DNA from: Escherichia coli
GTDB taxonomy: Bacteria > Pseudomonadota > Gammaproteobacteria > Enterobacterales > Enterobacteriaceae
Strand: one strand, 5' to 3'
Assembly (NCBI RefSeq): GCF_044647545.1
Contig: NZ_CP172818.1
DNA length: 64,000 nt
The notes below the pieces were generated by a model. The model saw only the letters and a list, made by a program, of their open reading frames with translations. It did not search any database and was not told where the DNA came from. Numbering within the stretch: the first letter of the stretch is position 1; each line of letters starts with the position of its first letter. Both the position numbers and the translations under genes were made by a program. Below are positions 29,410-42,040 of this stretch, one piece after another.

Positions 29410-30081
29410 TCAAAGAATCATTTTATGAATTACAAAGCCTTCACCCAGATCGCTATTGACCTGTTGCCCGCGAAATTGTGCAACTGCACGCAGGCGATCA
29501 TGACGCATATAATCGCGTCGTTCCTGGCTTTTATGTTTTTTTAATGCAGCAAGTTTGACTGTGAAATATTCTTCTTTAACGGATTCAAAAACCTGAGGCA
29601 TAAATGAAAGCCAGGTACTCGGGGTTTCGTAGCCGAGAATTTGTGGAATAGTTCGGCAGGCAACCATTGAGGCTTGATAGACTGCAAGATGATCCTGATG
29701 GCGGTCAGCATCATGCATGGTGTATACACGAATGATTTCTACATCAGACGGAATTTGATTTTTAATGATGTCTTCCAGGGCGGAAATCATATCATTGAGC
29801 TGTAAATGAGCGCGGGTGTCAGCAAAATTAAGATGAATAGTTTGGTGGCACCCTAATATCTTTAGGGCGTTGCGCGATTCTTCATGGCGATCGATTATTC
29901 CATCTGTGCCAGAGTTGCCGGTAGTCATCACCACGGCTGCGATATAAATTCCTTTTTGCGCAAGACGAGCAAGCGATGCGCCACAGCCTAATTCTATATC
30001 GTCAGGATGTGCGCCAATAGCAAGGATACCCTTTCTTTTATTTGCCGAAGAAAGGAGGGCTGAATCTAAAACCTTATCCAC
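29410..30081 (-). CDS. yaiS: PIG-L/LmbE-family deacetylase
   Basis: 223-aa ORF with AHPDDIELGCG motif near the N-terminus; a shorter 185-aa version (start at 29967) would lack this motif. Confidence 0.75.
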   Translation of the reverse strand: MDKVLDSALLSSANKRKGILAIGAHPDDIELGCGASLARLAQKGIYIAAVVMTTGNSGTDGIIDRHEESRNALKILGCHQTIHLNFADTRAHLQLNDMISALEDIIKNQIPSDVEIIRVYTMHDADRHQDHLAVYQASMVACRTIPQILGYETPSTWLSFMPQVFESVKEEYFTVKLAALKKHKSQERRDYMRHDRLRAVAQFRGQQVNSDLGEGFVIHKMIL

Positions 30082-30696
30082 TTAATGACACTCCATTTTA
30101 TTTATTATACTACAAGCACAACGATGCACTCAGAGACGTAATCTCTGGCGCAGCCAGATGCTAATTTATAAGTGTTAAATGTTGCTAATAATTGAAAAGC
30201 CAGGGCTTTCAGATCCGGGGGGGCGACTGGTTAATGTTTTTATGCAATTCATATGTTAAGTGTTTGTATGTTTGGTATGTATAGTTATTTTGTTTTATAC
30301 ATTGTATTTAGATGTGATTTAGTTTGTCAATTAATTGCATTTAAAAAATATGTTCTGTGAACAAGTATTGTTTATATACATTATGTGAATGTAATATGCG
30401 AGTGATTGAGAATGATACAGTGATATATATAATGCGAATATAATAGTTTTATTATATGTATTGATATTGATAGAAATAATGAAGTAATAAATCTCGTAAT
30501 GTGGTTGTTTATGCATCACTAAAATGAAGTGTAGTAATTTTCCCAATTGTTAGAACGGAGTAATTGCATATTTAATCTTTCCTTTGCCGTTTTTTTGCTA
30601 AGAATAAAATCATCTGTGCGATAACGACTAATTCTTTTAATGAATGTTTTTATTCCTGAATACTGCTCCCATAACAAGACAGGGGAGCAGACAATC

Positions 30697-31659
30697 ATGG
30701 CAATTTCATCGCGTAACACACTTCTTGCCGCACTGGCATTCATCGCTTTTCAGGCACAGGCGGTGAACGTCACCGTGGCGTATCAAACCTCAGCCGAACC
30801 GGCGAAAGTGGCTCAGGCCGACAACACCTTTGCTAAAGAAAGCGGAGCAACCGTGGACTGGCGTAAGTTTGACAGCGGAGCCAGCATCGTGCGGGCGCTG
30901 GCTTCAGGCGACGTGCAAATCGGCAACCTCGGTTCCAGCCCGTTAGCGGTTGCAACCAGCCAACAGGTGCCGATTGAAGTCTTCTTGCTGGCGTCAAAAC
31001 TGGGTAACTCCGAAGCGCTGGTGGTAAAGAAAACTATCAGTAAACCGGAAGACTTGATTGGTAAACGCATCGCCGTACCGTTTATCTCCACCACCCACTA
31101 CAGCCTGCTGGCGGCGCTGAAACACTGGGGTATTAAACCCGGGCAAGTGGAGATTGTGAACCTGCAGCCGCCCGCGATTATCGCCGCATGGCAGCGGGGA
31201 GACATTGATGGTGCTTATGTCTGGGCACCGGCGGTTAACGCCATGGAAAAAGATGGCAAGGTGCTGACCGATTCTGAACAGGTCGGGCAGTGGGGCGCGC
31301 CGACACTGGACGTCTGGGTCGTGCGGAAAGATTTTGCCGAGAAACATCCAGAGGTCGTGAAAGCGTTCGCCAAAAGCGCCATCGATGCTCAGCAACCGTA
31401 CATTGCTAACCCAGACGTGTGGCTGAAACAGCCGGAAAACATCAGCAAACTGGCGCGTTTAAGCGGCGTGCCTGAAGGTGACGTTCCGGGGCTGGTGAAG
31501 GGGAATACCTATCTGACGCAGCAGCAACAAACGGCAGAACTGACCGGACCGGTGAATAAAGCGATCATCGATACCGCGCAGTTTTTGAAAGATCAGGGCA
31601 AAGTCCCTGCCGTGGCGAATGATTACAGCCAGTACGTGACCTCGCGCTTCGTGCAATAA
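30697..31659 (+). CDS. tauA: taurine ABC transporter periplasmic binding protein
   Basis: 320 aa from ATG 30697 with signal peptide (MAISSRNTLLAALAFIAFQAQA). Confidence 0.9.
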   Translation: MAISSRNTLLAALAFIAFQAQAVNVTVAYQTSAEPAKVAQADNTFAKESGATVDWRKFDSGASIVRALASGDVQIGNLGSSPLAVATSQQVPIEVFLLASKLGNSEALVVKKTISKPEDLIGKRIAVPFISTTHYSLLAALKHWGIKPGQVEIVNLQPPAIIAAWQRGDIDGAYVWAPAVNAMEKDGKVLTDSEQVGQWGAPTLDVWVVRKDFAEKHPEVVKAFAKSAIDAQQPYIANPDVWLKQPENISKLARLSGVPEGDVPGLVKGNTYLTQQQQTAELTGPVNKAIIDTAQFLKDQGKVPAVANDYSQYVTSRFVQ

Positions 31660-31671
31660 AAGGAGGCGCAG

Positions 31672-32439
31672 ATGCTGCAAATCTCTCATCTTTACGCCGA
31701 TTATGGCGGCAAACCGGCACTGGAAGATATCAACCTGACGCTGGAAAGCGGCGAGCTTCTGGTAGTTCTGGGGCCGTCTGGCTGCGGCAAAACTACGTTG
31801 CTGAATTTGATTGCCGGTTTTGTGCCTTATCAGCATGGCAGCATTCAACTGGCGGGTAAGGGTATTCAGGGACCGGGGGCAGAGCGTGGCGTAGTTTTTC
31901 AGAATGAAGGGCTACTACCGTGGCGCAATGTACAGGACAACGTGGCATTCGGCCTGCAACTGGCAGGCGTAGAGAAAATGCAGCGACTGGAAATCGCGCA
32001 CCAGATGCTGAAAAAAGTCGGCCTGGAAGGGGCGGAAAAACGCTATATCTGGCAGCTTTCCGGCGGTCAACGTCAGCGGGTAGGGATTGCCCGCGCGCTG
32101 GCGGCGAATCCCCAGCTGTTATTACTCGACGAACCGTTTGGCGCGCTGGACGCCTTCACCCGCGATCAGATGCAAACCCTGCTGCTGAAACTCTGGCAGG
32201 AGACGGGCAAGCAGGTGCTGTTGATTACCCACGATATAGAAGAAGCGGTGTTTATGGCGACTGAACTGGTTCTGCTTTCATCCGGCCCTGGCCGCGTGCT
32301 GGAGCGGCTGCCGCTCAACTTTGCTCGCCGCTTTGTTGCCGGGGAACCGAGCCGCAGCATCAAGTCCGATCCACAATTCATCGCCATGCGCGAATATGTT
32401 TTAAGCCGCGTATTTGAGCAACGGGAGGCATTCTCATGA
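31672..32439 (+). CDS. tauB: taurine ABC transporter ATP-binding protein
   Basis: 255 aa; Walker [13 protein letters not shown] signature LSGGQRQR, Walker B LLLLDEP. Confidence 0.95.
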   Translation: MLQISHLYADYGGKPALEDINLTLESGELLVVLGPSGCGKTTLLNLIAGFVPYQHGSIQLAGKGIQGPGAERGVVFQNEGLLPWRNVQDNVAFGLQLAGVEKMQRLEIAHQMLKKVGLEGAEKRYIWQLSGGQRQRVGIARALAANPQLLLLDEPFGALDAFTRDQMQTLLLKLWQETGKQVLLITHDIEEAVFMATELVLLSSGPGRVLERLPLNFARRFVAGEPSRSIKSDPQFIAMREYVLSRVFEQREAFS

Positions 32440-33263
32440 GTGTGCTCATTAATGAAAAACTGCATTCGCATCGGCTGAAATGGCGCTGGCCGCTCTCGCG
32501 TCAGGTGACCTTAAGCATTGGCACGTTAGCGGTTTTACTCACTGTATGGTGGGCGGTGGCGGCGCTGCAACTGATTAGCCCGCTGTTTTTGCCGCCACCG
32601 CAACAGGTCCTGGCAAAACTGCTCACCATTGCCGGACCGCAGGGATTTATGGACGCCACGCTGTGGCAGCATCTGGCAGCCAGCCTGACGCGCATTTTGC
32701 TGGCGCTACTCGCGGCGGTGTTGATCGGTATTCCGGTCGGGATCGCCATGGGGCTAAGCCCGACGGTGCGCGGCATTCTGGATCCGATAATCGAGCTTTA
32801 TCGTCCGGTGCCGCCGCTGGCTTATTTGCCGCTGATGGTGATCTGGTTTGGTATTGGCGAAACCTCGAAGATCTTACTGATCTATTTAGCGATTTTTGCA
32901 CCGGTGGCGATGTCGGCGCTGGCGGGGGTGAAAAGCGCGCAGCAGGTTCGCATTCGTGCCGCCCAGTCGCTGGGTGCCAGTCGTGCGCAGGTGCTGTGGT
33001 TTGTCATTTTGCCCGGCGCGCTGCCGGAAATCCTCACCGGATTACGCATTGGTCTGGGTGTGGGCTGGTCTACGCTGGTAGCGGCGGAGCTGATTGCCGC
33101 GACGCGCGGTTTAGGATTTATGGTTCAGTCAGCGGGTGAATTTCTCGCGACTGACGTGGTGCTGGCGGGGATCGCGGTGATTGCGATTATCGCTTTTCTT
33201 TTAGAACTGGGTTTGCGCGCGTTACAGCGCCGCCTGACGCCCTGGCATGGAGAAGTACAATGA
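32436..33263 (+). CDS. tauC: taurine ABC transporter permease
   Basis: 275-aa multi-TM ORF overlapping tauB by 4 bp. Confidence 0.9.
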   Translation: MSVLINEKLHSHRLKWRWPLSRQVTLSIGTLAVLLTVWWAVAALQLISPLFLPPPQQVLAKLLTIAGPQGFMDATLWQHLAASLTRILLALLAAVLIGIPVGIAMGLSPTVRGILDPIIELYRPVPPLAYLPLMVIWFGIGETSKILLIYLAIFAPVAMSALAGVKSAQQVRIRAAQSLGASRAQVLWFVILPGALPEILTGLRIGLGVGWSTLVAAELIAATRGLGFMVQSAGEFLATDVVLAGIAVIAIIAFLLELGLRALQRRLTPWHGEVQ

Positions 33264-34111
33264 GTGAACGTCTGAGCATTACCCCGCTGGGGCCGTATAT
33301 TGGCGCACAAATTTCGGGTGCCGACCTGACGCGCCCGTTAAGCGATAATCAGTTTGAACAGCTTTACCATGCGGTGCTGCGCCATCAGGTGGTGTTTCTG
33401 CGCGATCAAGCTATTACGCCGCAGCAGCAACGCGCGCTGGCCCAACGTTTTGGCGAACTGCATATTCATCCTGTTTACCCTCATGCCGAAGGGGTTGACG
33501 AGATCATCGTCCTGGATACTCATAACGATAATCCGCCGGATAACGACAACTGGCATACCGATGTGACATTTATTGAAACGCCACCCGCAGGGGCGATTCT
33601 GGCGGCAAAAGAGTTACCCTCGACCGGCGGCGATACGCTCTGGACCAGCGGTATTGCGGCCTATGAGGCGCTCTCTGTTCCCTTCCGCCAGCTGCTGAGC
33701 GGGTTGCGTGCGGAGCATGATTTCCGTAAATCGTTCCCGGAATACAAATACCGCAAAACCGAGGAGGAGCATCAACGCTGGCGCGAGGCGGTCGCGAAAA
33801 ATCCGCCGTTGCTACATCCGGTGGTGCGAACGCATCCGGTGAGCGGTAAACAGGCGCTGTTTGTGAATGAAGGCTTTACCACGCGAATTGTTGATGTCAG
33901 CGAGAAAGAGAGCGAAGCCTTGTTAGGTTTTTTGTTTGCCCATATCACCAAACCGGAGTTTCAGGTGCGCTGGAGCTGGCAACCGAATGATATTGCGATT
34001 TGGGATAACCGTGTGACTCAGCACTATGCCAATGCGGATTACCTGCCACAGCGGCGGATTATGCATCGGGCGACGATTCTTGGGGATATTCCGTTTTATC
34101 GGGCGGGGTAA
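33260..34111 (+). CDS. tauD: taurine dioxygenase (alpha-ketoglutarate dependent)
   Basis: 283-aa ORF, 4-bp overlap with tauC; HxD...H iron-binding residues (WHTDVTF). Confidence 0.9.
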   Translation: MSERLSITPLGPYIGAQISGADLTRPLSDNQFEQLYHAVLRHQVVFLRDQAITPQQQRALAQRFGELHIHPVYPHAEGVDEIIVLDTHNDNPPDNDNWHTDVTFIETPPAGAILAAKELPSTGGDTLWTSGIAAYEALSVPFRQLLSGLRAEHDFRKSFPEYKYRKTEEEHQRWREAVAKNPPLLHPVVRTHPVSGKQALFVNEGFTTRIVDVSEKESEALLGFLFAHITKPEFQVRWSWQPNDIAIWDNRVTQHYANADYLPQRRIMHRATILGDIPFYRAG

Positions 34112-34135
34112 ACGGATAACCCGGCATAATGATCA

Positions 34136-35110
34136 TTAACGCAGAATCTTCTTCTCAGCCAAATCCAGCGCAAAGTAGCTGAAAATCAGATCCGCACCCG
34201 CACGCTTAATTGAACCTAAGCTTTCGAGCACGACTTTCTCTTCATCTATAGCACCCGCCAGCGCGGCGAACTTAATCATCGCGTACTCACCGCTCACCTG
34301 ATACGCGCCAATCGACAATTCAGTACGTTCACGCAGCTCACGCACGATGTCGAGGTACGCTCCAGCAGGTTTAACCATCAGGCAGTCTGCGCCCTGGGCT
34401 TCATCCAGCAGTGACTCACGAATCGCCTCACGACGGTTCATTGGGTTCATCTGATAGCTTTTGCGGTCGCCTTTTAATGCGCTTCCGGCAGCTTCACGGA
34501 ACGGGCCATAAAAGGAGGAGGCGAACTTGGTCGAATACGACATAATCGCCGTATCTTTAAAGCCCGCAGCGTCCAGCGCCTGGCGAATCGCTTGTACCTG
34601 GCCATCCATTGCGGCGGAAGGGGCGATGAAGTCTGCACCTGCAGCAGCTGCAACCACGGCCTGCTTGCCTAAATTTTCCAGGGTCGCGTCGTTGTCGACG
34701 CCATGCTCGCACAGCACACCGCAGTGACCGTGAGAAGTGTATTCACAGAAACAGGTGTCTGACATGACGATCATTTCTGGCACGGTCTGCTTGCAGATGC
34801 GCGACATACGCGCCACCAGACCATCTTCCCGCCAGGCATCGCTGCCGGTTTCATCGGTATGGTGAGAGATGCCGAAAGTCATCACGGAACGAATACCGGC
34901 GTTGGCGATGCGTTCAATTTCGCGTGCCAGATGTTTCTCTGGAATGCGCATCACGCCTGGCATGGCTTCAACGGCTTTGTAGTCGTCAATTTCTTCTTCA
35001 ACAAAGATCGGCAACACCAGGTCGTTAAGGCTAAGTGTTGTCTCTTCAAACATAGCGCGCAGCGCAGGAGATTTGCGCAGGCGACGAGGGCGTTGGATTA
35101 AGTCTGTCAT
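34136..35110 (-). CDS. hemB: porphobilinogen synthase (delta-aminolevulinate dehydratase)
   Basis: 324 aa from [24 protein letters not shown]...; active-site lysine region ([10 protein letters not shown]). Confidence 0.9.
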   Translation of the reverse strand: MTDLIQRPRRLRKSPALRAMFEETTLSLNDLVLPIFVEEEIDDYKAVEAMPGVMRIPEKHLAREIERIANAGIRSVMTFGISHHTDETGSDAWREDGLVARMSRICKQTVPEMIVMSDTCFCEYTSHGHCGVLCEHGVDNDATLENLGKQAVVAAAAGADFIAPSAAMDGQVQAIRQALDAAGFKDTAIMSYSTKFASSFYGPFREAAGSALKGDRKSYQMNPMNRREAIRESLLDEAQGADCLMVKPAGAYLDIVRELRERTELSIGAYQVSGEYAMIKFAALAGAIDEEKVVLESLGSIKRAGADLIFSYFALDLAEKKILR

Positions 35111-37124
35111 GGTCTGCCTGATGTTTGTGGAATCGAGGGGCATAGTATACCTGAAGCAGGGTGGGGATGTTTTACGAAAGTTGTCGCGATGTTGACAAGA
35201 AGAGAATGAATGAGAGGCCAGGACATCTTTGTAATAGAAATAGCAATAATTTCATATTCACTGAAAATATTTTTAATTTTTATTTATAGTCATGGATTAT
35301 TGTTTTTGGGGATTTGGTTGCGTTATCAAAAACGGAATGATTTAAAGTTCATTGGTTATTGATAGATTATTTGTCTGGTTTGTGTGTTTGATATTTTAAA
35401 TGCATATGCTTTAAAAATGGAAATCCTGTTAACTTGTTGAAACATTAAGCCTTTATCAATTTTTTCTTTGTGTGTTCCTCCGTGCTTTATATATGTCCGT
35501 AACCGGACTTCGGGGAAAGAATAATTGAACCATTCCTCAATAACGCCGCATAATCGTTAGCGCGAAACATAATATGTTTTCTATGCATTGATAATTGATG
35601 GATCAACTTATTACGTCCCTGAGGAGGGATGACAAATGCACTCCTGGAAAAAGAAACTTGTAGTATCACAATTAGCATTGGCTTGCACTCTGGCTATCAC
35701 CTCTCAGGCTAATGCAGCGACCTACTGATACCTGGACTTATATCGATAATCCCGTTACAGCACTTGATTGGGATCATATGGATAAGGCAGGCACTGTAGA
35801 TGGCAACTATGTAAACTATAGTGGTTTTGTCTATTACAACAACACCAATGGTGATTTCGATCAGTCCTTTAACGGCGATACCGTTAACGGCACGATCTCA
35901 ACCTATTATTTGAACCATGATTATGCAGACAGTACTGCTAATCAGCTTGATATCAGTAATTCAGTGATTCACGGTTCGATTACTTCTATGCTGCCTGGCG
36001 GTTATTATGATCGTTTTGATGCAGATGGTAATAATCTGGGTGGATATGATTTTTACACTGATGCGGTTGTTGATACACACTGGCGTGATGGTGATGTTTT
36101 CACTTTGAACATTGCTAACACTACTATTGATGATGATTATGAAGCTCTTTACTTCACTGATTCTTATAAAGATGGTGATGTAACCAAGCACACAAATGAG
36201 ACATTTGATACAAGTGAAGGCGTTGCTGTTAATCTTGATGTAGAAAGTAACATCAATATTTCCAATAACTCCCGCGTTGCAGGTATTGCATTATCTCAAG
36301 GTAATACTTACAACGAAACCTACACTACCGAATCTCATACTTGGGATAACAATATCTCTGTAAAAGATTCCACAGTGACTTCGGGTTCAAATTATATCCT
36401 GGATAGCAATACTTATGGCAAAACTGGTCACTTTGGCAATTCTGATGAACCGAGTGATTATGCTGGCCCGGGTGATGTTGCAATGTCCTTTACTGCTTCA
36501 GGTTCCGACTATGCGATGAAGAACAATGTATTCCTCAGCAATTCAACGCTGATGGGTGATGTTGCCTTTACCAGCACCTGGAATAGTAATTTTGATCCGA
36601 ATGGTCATGATTCCAACGGTGACGGGGTGAAAGATACCAACGGGGGTTGGACTGATGATAGCCTCAACGTTGATGAACTAAATCTCACTCTCGATAACGG
36701 AAGCAAGTGGGTTGGTCAGGCAATTTATAACGTTGCTGAAACGTCAGCAATGTATGATGTTGCTACAAACAGCCTTACTCCTGATGCAACATATGAAAAC
36801 AATGACTGGAAACGTGTTGTTGATGACAAGGTCTTCCAGAGCGGTGTATTTAACGTAGCGTTGAATAACGGTTCTGAATGGGATACTACAGGTCGTTCCA
36901 TCGTTGATACCTTGACAGTTAATAATGGTTCTCAGGTTAATGTTTCGGAATCTAAATTAACTTCAGATACTATCGATTTAACTAACGGTTCTTCGCTGAA
37001 CATTGGTGAAGATGGCTACGTTGATACCGATCATCTGACTATTAACTCCTACAGTACTGTTGCGTTGACCGAATCTACTGGGTGGGGGGCTGATTGATCC
37101 TACCCACGTAATATGGACACAGGC

Positions 37125-37991
37125 CTAAGCGAGGTTCTTGTTTTCAAATTGTTCCGGACTGAGGCCGCCACACCAACTGTGCCGCCGCCACCGATTGTAA
37201 TCACATTCGATATAATTAAACACCGTTGCCCGCATTATTTCCCGGCTGATAAAGTGTTCTCCATGGATACATTCCACTTTCAGCGAATGAAAGAAGCTTT
37301 CCACGCAGGCATTATCGTAGCAGCAACCTTTTGCGCTCATACTTCCACGCAGATTATGCCGCTTCAGTTGCGCCTGATAATCTGCTGAACAGTACTGGCC
37401 TCCACGGTCCGTGTGAACGATAACGTTCCGGGGCCTCTTACGCCGCCACAGCGCCATCTGCAGGGCATCGCAGGCCAGTTGCGCCGTCATGCGTGGCGAC
37501 ATTGACCAGCCAATAACGGCACGTGACCACAGGTCAATGACCACTGCCAGATACAGCCAGCCTTCATCTGTACGTAAGTACGTGATGTCTCCTGCCCACT
37601 TCTGGTTCGGGCCACTGGCGTAAAAATCCTGCTCCAACAGATTTTCTGACACAGGCAGGCCGTGTGCGCGGTAGCTGACCGGGCTGAACTTCCGGGAGGC
37701 CTTTGCCCTCAGTCCCTGACGGCGCAGGCTTGCCGCCACGGTTTTTACGTTAAAGGGGTAACCCTGAGCACGCAGTTCATCCGTCAGGCGTGGGGCACCG
37801 TAACGCTGTTTTGACCGGGTAAAAGCCGCGAGGACAACGCTGTCGCAGTGTTGGCGGAACTGCTGACGCGTGCTTATCCTTGTCCGCCGCTGACACCACG
37901 TATACCAGCCGCTGCGGGCCACCCGGAGCACGCGGCACATTGCTTTGATGCTGAACTCAGCCTGATGTTTTTCAATAAAGACATACTTCAT
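37125..37991 (-). CDS. insF: IS3 transposase OrfB (DDE integrase domain), expressed with OrfA by -1 frameshifting
   Basis: 288-aa ORF overlapping insE by 4 bp (ATGA); DDE/integrase-like translation. Confidence 0.9.
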
Positions 37992-38296
37992 TTCAGGCGC
38001 TTCGCGAAGTATGTCGCGGCCTTTTGGAGGATAGCCAGCTCTTCATCCCGTTCTGCCAGCTGGCGTTTGAGACGTGCAATCTCGGTAGACATCTCCAGTT
38101 CACGTTCAGAAGACGTCTGCTGATTTTGCTGTTTACTGCGCCAGTTGTAGAGTTGTGATTCATACAGGCTGAGTTCACGGGCTGCGGCAGTAACACCGAT
38201 GCGTTCAGCAAGCTTCAGGGCTTCACTGCGAAATTCAGGCGAATGCTGTTTACGGGGTTTTTTACTGGTTGATACTGTTTTTGTCATGTGAGTCAC
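37988..38296 (-). CDS. insE: IS3 transposase OrfA (HTH)
   Basis: 102-aa [58 protein letters not shown]... Confidence 0.9.
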
Positions 38297-39166
38297 CTCT
38301 GACTGAGAGTTTACTCACTTAGCCGCGTGTCCACTATTGCTGGGTAAGATCAGATTACAACCTGTACGCCAATACTATCACCGTAACTAACGGCGGTGTA
38401 TTGGATGTGAACGTTGATCAGTTCGATACTGAAGCTTTCCGTACTGACAAACTGGAACTGACCAGCGGCAACATCGCTGACCATAACGGTAACGTAGTAT
38501 CTGGTGTGTTCAATATCGAAAGCAACCGCTTCGTACTTGATGCCGACCTGACCAACGACCGTACCAACGATACTACCAAGTCAAACTACGGTTATGGTTT
38601 AATCGCAATGAACTCTGATGGTCACCTGACCATTAACGGTAACGGCGATAACGACAACACTGCTTCTATCGAAGCTGGTCAGAACGAAGTTGATAACAAC
38701 GGTGACCATGTTGCAGCTGCAACCGGTAACTACAAAGTTCGTATCGACAACGCTACTGGTGCTGGTTCTATCGCTGACTACAACGGCAACGAGCTGATCT
38801 ACGTTAACGACAAAAACAGCAACGCGACCTTCTCTGCTGCTAACAAAGCTGACCTGGGTGCATACACCTATCAGGCTGAACAGCGCGGTAACACCGTTGT
38901 TCTGCAACAGATGGAGCTGACCGACTACGCTAACATGGCGCTGAGCATCCCGTCTGCGAACACCAATATCTGGAACCTGGAACAAGACACCGTTGGTACT
39001 CGTCTGACCAACTCTCGTCATGGCCTGGCTGATAACGGCGGCGCATGGGTAAGCTACTTCGGTGGTAACTTCAACGGCGACAATGGCACCATCAACTATG
39101 ATCAGGATGTTAACGGCATCATGGTCGGTGTTGATACCAAAATTGACGGTAACAACGCTAAGTGGA

Positions 39167-39290
<124 letters not shown>

Positions 39291-39325
39291 CGGTAGCTTG
39301 AGCTACTCTCACTTCAACAACGACC

Positions 39326-39444
<119 letters not shown>

Positions 39445-39454
39445 TACGGCAGCG

Positions 39455-39498
<44 letters not shown>

Positions 39499-39499
39499 A

Positions 39500-39620
<121 letters not shown>

Positions 39621-39640
39621 TTACGACGACTCTAACAACC

Positions 39641-39834
<194 letters not shown>

Positions 39835-39848
39835 TGAAGAAATAGGTT

Positions 39849-40531
<683 letters not shown>

Positions 40532-41689
40532 TCAGGACGCGGGGATGACCAACGGTTTATTCCCGCTCAGTTCGGTCACCAGGTCATTGATGCCATCGCT
40601 CATATTTTTAAAGCGCGTCAATGGCGAACGAGTGACCACCACAAACGCGCCAATATTCTTCTGCGGGATCATCGCCATATAGGTAATGAAACCGCCACCA
40701 CCGCCTGTCTTCTGAATAATCCCTGGACGACCCTCTTTCGGGGCCATATATACCCAGCCTAAACCAAGCGCATCCGCTTTGCCGGGGACATCCATGCCAA
40801 TCACTTTCGTAAACTGCGCTCGCTGATAAATCAACGTCTGCATGCGATCAGCCTGGTTACTGCGCTGATAAAAATCAGATGACAAATACTGCTGCATCCA
40901 GCGCATCATATCGCCAGGCGTGGAATAGACGCCGCCGCTGCCAATTGCCGCCAGCGTGTTATTGCATGGACTGGCACCGCGCTCTGCCACCATTAAACGG
41001 CGGCACTGGTCCGGCGAGGGGGTGTAGGTGGTGTCTTTCATCCCCAATGGACGGGTAATCTGCTCTTCAAACAACTGGGTATAAGGCTTGCCGGAAGCAT
41101 TCGCCAGTGCATCTGCCAGCAGGTCGAACGCAAGGTTAGAGTATGCCGCCTGACTGCCTGGCGCGGCTTTCAGCTTCGCCGTAGAAAGGTATTTCCAGCG
41201 TTGCTCGCGCGTTGGCCAGACAAACACTGGACGATGTGCCGCACCTCCCGGCTGTTCACGGGGCAGGGCACTGGTATGGGTTGCTAGATTCACCAGGGTA
41301 ATAGGCGTGCCATTGTAAGTCGGCACACGTGCGCCTGGTGGAGCATATTTACTTAGCGGATCGTTTAACTTCACGGTCCCCTGGTCGAGCAATTTCACCA
41401 GCATCTCACTGGTCATTAGCTTGGTGAGGGAAGCAATACGCACTACCGAATCCAGCTGCGGGCGAACGTTATTACCAGGTCGCGTTTCGCCATAACTGCG
41501 AAAGACGCGCTGGTTACCGTCGATAACAACCAGCGCCATCCCCGTGGCACCGCTGCCGTAAAAAATATGATCGGCATAACGATCGACAATATCAGAGGCA
41601 AACTCCGGTTCAGTGATCGGCTGCGCCGCATGGACGGAGGTCAATGACGCCGCACACAGCACGGCAGAAAAAAGCAGACTACGTTTCAA
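40532..41689 (-). CDS. ampH: penicillin-binding protein / AmpC-like D-alanyl-D-alanine carboxypeptidase
   Basis: 385-aa ORF with signal peptide and SxxK motif (ASLTK). Confidence 0.9.
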   Translation of the reverse strand: MKRSLLFSAVLCAASLTSVHAAQPITEPEFASDIVDRYADHIFYGSGATGMALVVIDGNQRVFRSYGETRPGNNVRPQLDSVVRIASLTKLMTSEMLVKLLDQGTVKLNDPLSKYAPPGARVPTYNGTPITLVNLATHTSALPREQPGGAAHRPVFVWPTREQRWKYLSTAKLKAAPGSQAAYSNLAFDLLADALANASGKPYTQLFEEQITRPLGMKDTTYTPSPDQCRRLMVAERGASPCNNTLAAIGSGGVYSTPGDMMRWMQQYLSSDFYQRSNQADRMQTLIYQRAQFTKVIGMDVPGKADALGLGWVYMAPKEGRPGIIQKTGGGGGFITYMAMIPQKNIGAFVVVTRSPLTRFKNMSDGINDLVTELSGNKPLVIPAS

Positions 41690-42040
41690 CGGTGGTGTCC
41701 ATAAATTGAATGAAGGTAACTGAGCGTATTTATACTACTCATTGATGGATTGCAAAGGGCGAATTAGTGCAATAATAGTGTTAAAAACGTAACGGCGCGT
41801 AAACACGATCTTTTTCCTGCTCACCAATGCCTGCATTTGTGATCCTGCGCGTGTTAATCCGCTTATGTAAACAATCTTTGGTTTGTGAAATCCGTCGAAA
41901 CAATTCTTATGGTCAGGCTGGCGAACTAAGCGCCTTGCTATGGGTCACAATGGGCGGTTTCATTTGGCTGACGCTTTGTAGCGGTCATGCGGTTAATACA
42001 CAGCAGTTGTTAAAACGATAAGAAGTTAGCAGGAGTGCAT

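Larger units (their letters stand above)
37095..38352 (-). mobile_element. IS3: IS3 insertion sequence (1258 bp) with 3-bp target-site duplication GAT
   Basis: Ends TGATCCTACCCACGTAATATGG... and ...CTGGGTAAGATCA; flanking GAT at 37092-37094 and 38353-38355; two overlapping transposase ORFs inside. Confidence 0.95.

Noticed and set aside
30331-30546. 71-aa ORF in the AT-rich region upstream of tauA
   Set aside because: Ile/Tyr/Asn-rich translation driven by AT content; no SD; more likely non-coding regulatory DNA.
41827-42021. 64-aa ORF between ampH and sbmA
   Set aside because: Falls in the sbmA promoter region with no convincing SD or conserved motif.
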